From the NCBI GenBank assembly GCA_024704765.1, contig JAKMXF010000332.1, positions 1,109,080 to 1,173,079 on the forward strand: a DNA stretch of 64,000 bases, written 5' to 3'. The notes beneath the pieces were generated by a model. It was not told the origin of the DNA and did no database searches. It saw only the letters and a program-made list of their open reading frames with translations. Both the position numbers and the translations under genes were made by a program. Shown piece after piece: positions 61,616-64,000 of this stretch. Each line of letters starts with the position of its first letter. The stretch's first letter is position 1. Source of the stretch: Oopsacas minuta (Eukaryota > Animalia > Porifera).

Positions 61616-63740
61616 CTAAATTTTCTGTCCTAATGGAACTAAATAAAATATAATCAGCCATTTCTTTATGAATAGACTTCAATAGGTCTTTTAGCGTATT
61701 TTCTGTCAAACCTTCAGAACAGTATTTAAGGAGTTGCTTTCTAATTGCTGTGTCGGGGATAAAAACACGATCTGAAAATGGGATCATAGGGTATTGCTGA
61801 TCCTCATCGAATTTTGCATCCACTTCTGGTACCGATTTCATTGTTCCCATCGCTATGCCATCTAAAATTATCACATCGGGATGATCTTTACACTTTGGAC
61901 ATATGTAGTTCGAGTCATAATCTATGTCTACTGTTCTTAGATAGGCGTTCCATGCCTGATAAACAATGTGATAATGGAATGTATTCGTTCTACCCACTCT
62001 GATAAGCTTCCTTTTCTTGGCACTAAAGAGTAAAACGAAGAATTAGATTGTATGTATATAGAAATTTTAATTTATCAAGAATATGATTTTAAACAATACA
62101 TATCTCAAGTAACCGTACAAAGTATTTCTAGACATGGTCATCAACTCGCTATAATCATATAACAAACTGTAATGAACAAAGTACTTGTTGATGTTTAACA
62201 GTAAACTGTTCTGTCCTTCGAAGACTGCCAGCAATTGCAAGGTCCACTGCATCTTGAACTGTAAACTATATACGTATAATATAATTACTGAGTTACCAAG
62301 CACAGGCAAATTTAAGGAGGGGGTAAATTGGGACGAGTTCATTGCAATCGAATGAACAATCTTATTTGTAGACCAAATATTTATTGAAATTCCTTTATAA
62401 TTGAAAGACTTGTTTTCAACGGCTAAATACGTAGGATAACCCATCATACTAAATTAATATTGCGACCGAGCGAATGGTTCATTGATGATAAATATATACC
62501 TTTGTAATCTTTGAATTCATTAATATCATTTTCTAAATTGATAACTATTCCAACCTTCTCTAGTTTAAGCTTCTCCTCTTCATTGAATTTGAAACCATAG
62601 TCACAAAATTCCTTTTCAGGATACATATTTAAAGGTAAATTGATGCCATGGCAGAGCTGATGGTTGTAAATTGCTATTTGGCTTTCATCTAGATTGAATG
62701 GTATTGCTCCTGTTGATATCGTGTTATATTCAAACTTTTTTTGTGTATTTGATCCAGTATTTTCGAGAATATTATGGAGTCTAGAATGTTGTTTGCACTT
62801 TGAAGAACAAGGACAACATAACCACCTATCATTATTTAATTGGAAGTTGTGAAAAGTATCATCTGTCAACAGAAAGATATCGTTAGGACTTGGGAAATAA
62901 CATATTATGTCTTCTAGAATGTTTGCTTCACAAACTTGCAAACAATCATTTTGTGAACAGAGTTCAAATGCTTGATAATGAGAACAAGTATCACTATAAC
63001 AATTTGCGCATAGATTGCTGCTTGTTTCAATTATGATTCTCCTTTTGTTTAGTACAACGGTTCCTTGAAATACATAATGTTTAGTTTTGGTAGTGAGAAT
63101 AGTAAATGTACAGTAGACTCCGATTAATAGGGTCACTTGGGACCAGGCCATTTGACCCGATTAACCGAAATAAATGTGTTGGGCCCTACGAACCGGAGCA
63201 GAGAGACAAACATGCAAACAGACAACAATAATAGTGATAATAACGTATATTTACCTTGTGAGTGATCATAATCTGCAATTATAACATATTCACTATCCTC
63301 TAACTTATATATGTGAGACTTCAATATCAATAGTTTTACATACTGGTCAATTATAGGCATTTCTACTTGTTTCATTTCTGGTTCTGAGAAGCAATCAGGT
63401 TGACACTGACTATGCGAAAATTATATTGAATCAACAAGTAACTAAAGTTTGCTTGAAAGCATAAGGAATTAAGAATATAATTATCACCTGGTTTTGACCA
63501 TGTTGGTACATCTGATTCTATCAATTTAAATGATCCACCTTCTGATAGGCACACTTTATCGGTGTCTAATGTGATGAAGCTGATATCTTCTTTCTCCGAA
63601 ATTTTTCGCTTTTGTGTATGTATTATCAGATCCAGTTTGTGAAGTTACCTTTTCAGCCATTTCCAAAATGAAATTATCTAACAAATGGTATAAACTTATA
63701 TATCTACTTCTATCATTATAAATGCACCAGTATTCCAATT
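61608..63740 (-). pseudogene. Multi-exon SWIM-like plus CxC4-like cysteine-cluster gene (type associated with KDZ/Kyakuja transposases), truncated
   Basis: CANCYSDTCSH, CCPCSSKCKQH, RCSGPCNCWQ/FEGQNSLLLNINKYFVHYSLLYDY, and YQAWNAYL...YICPKCKDHPDVIILDGIAMG. In-frame introns at 63064-63254, 62266-62499 and 62023-62103. Domain identity is from recalled motifs. Confidence 0.65.
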
Positions 63741-64000
63741 ACCACTTCTCGTAATGTAGTTTCGAAACTTATCTAATCACATTCGATTCAGCAGTTTGGG
63801 TAACTATGGTTGAAATGATAACGCATATCTATAAATATGACTTACCAATAATCCTAATGTAGCGGATGTGCTACTCAAATACAGCGCATGCGCTACTCAC
63901 TTTTAAATACCTCAAATAACAACAATTTTCACACGTAAGGAAGCAAATTCATCCCAAAATACGAATCGACAATTGAATGAGTTTTACATATACACTAACC

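Overview
AT-rich eukaryotic, almost certainly animal, genomic DNA made up mostly of decayed transposable elements. The host taxon cannot be established from the sequence alone. Two host genes are recognisable: the 3' coding exon of SRRT/Ars2 (13179-13940, +) and an intronless UBE2H (44885-45436, +). Mobile elements include Chapaev3-like, hAT (nested), Helitron, a spliced Ginger1-like integrase with an OTU domain, a CR1/L2-type LINE fragment, three Tc1/mariner elements (DD34E, DD34D, DD37D), a Gypsy LTR element, a Penelope fragment and many MITEs. The most notable content is a cluster of RAG1-related Transib transposons. Two are complete (29410-32577 and 32841-35726), each with ends beginning with the exact V(D)J RSS heptamer CACAGTG and a perfect 5-bp TSD. 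Both sit 263 bp apart inside the same Gypsy integrase gene. Their two ends are asymmetric, with an internal motif 9 nt farther from the heptamer at the 3' end than at the 5' end in both elements. One has a C-terminal CxxCxxxGH-x6-C tail resembling the ProtoRAG RAG1L tail. A third Transib end and catalytic core (60013-61615) is joined directly to a spliced SWIM/CxC4-type (KDZ-associated) gene. All transposase genes carry stops or frameshifts. No rRNA, tRNA, CRISPR array or RAG2-like gene was recognised. Family assignments come from motif recognition by eye; no searches were run.
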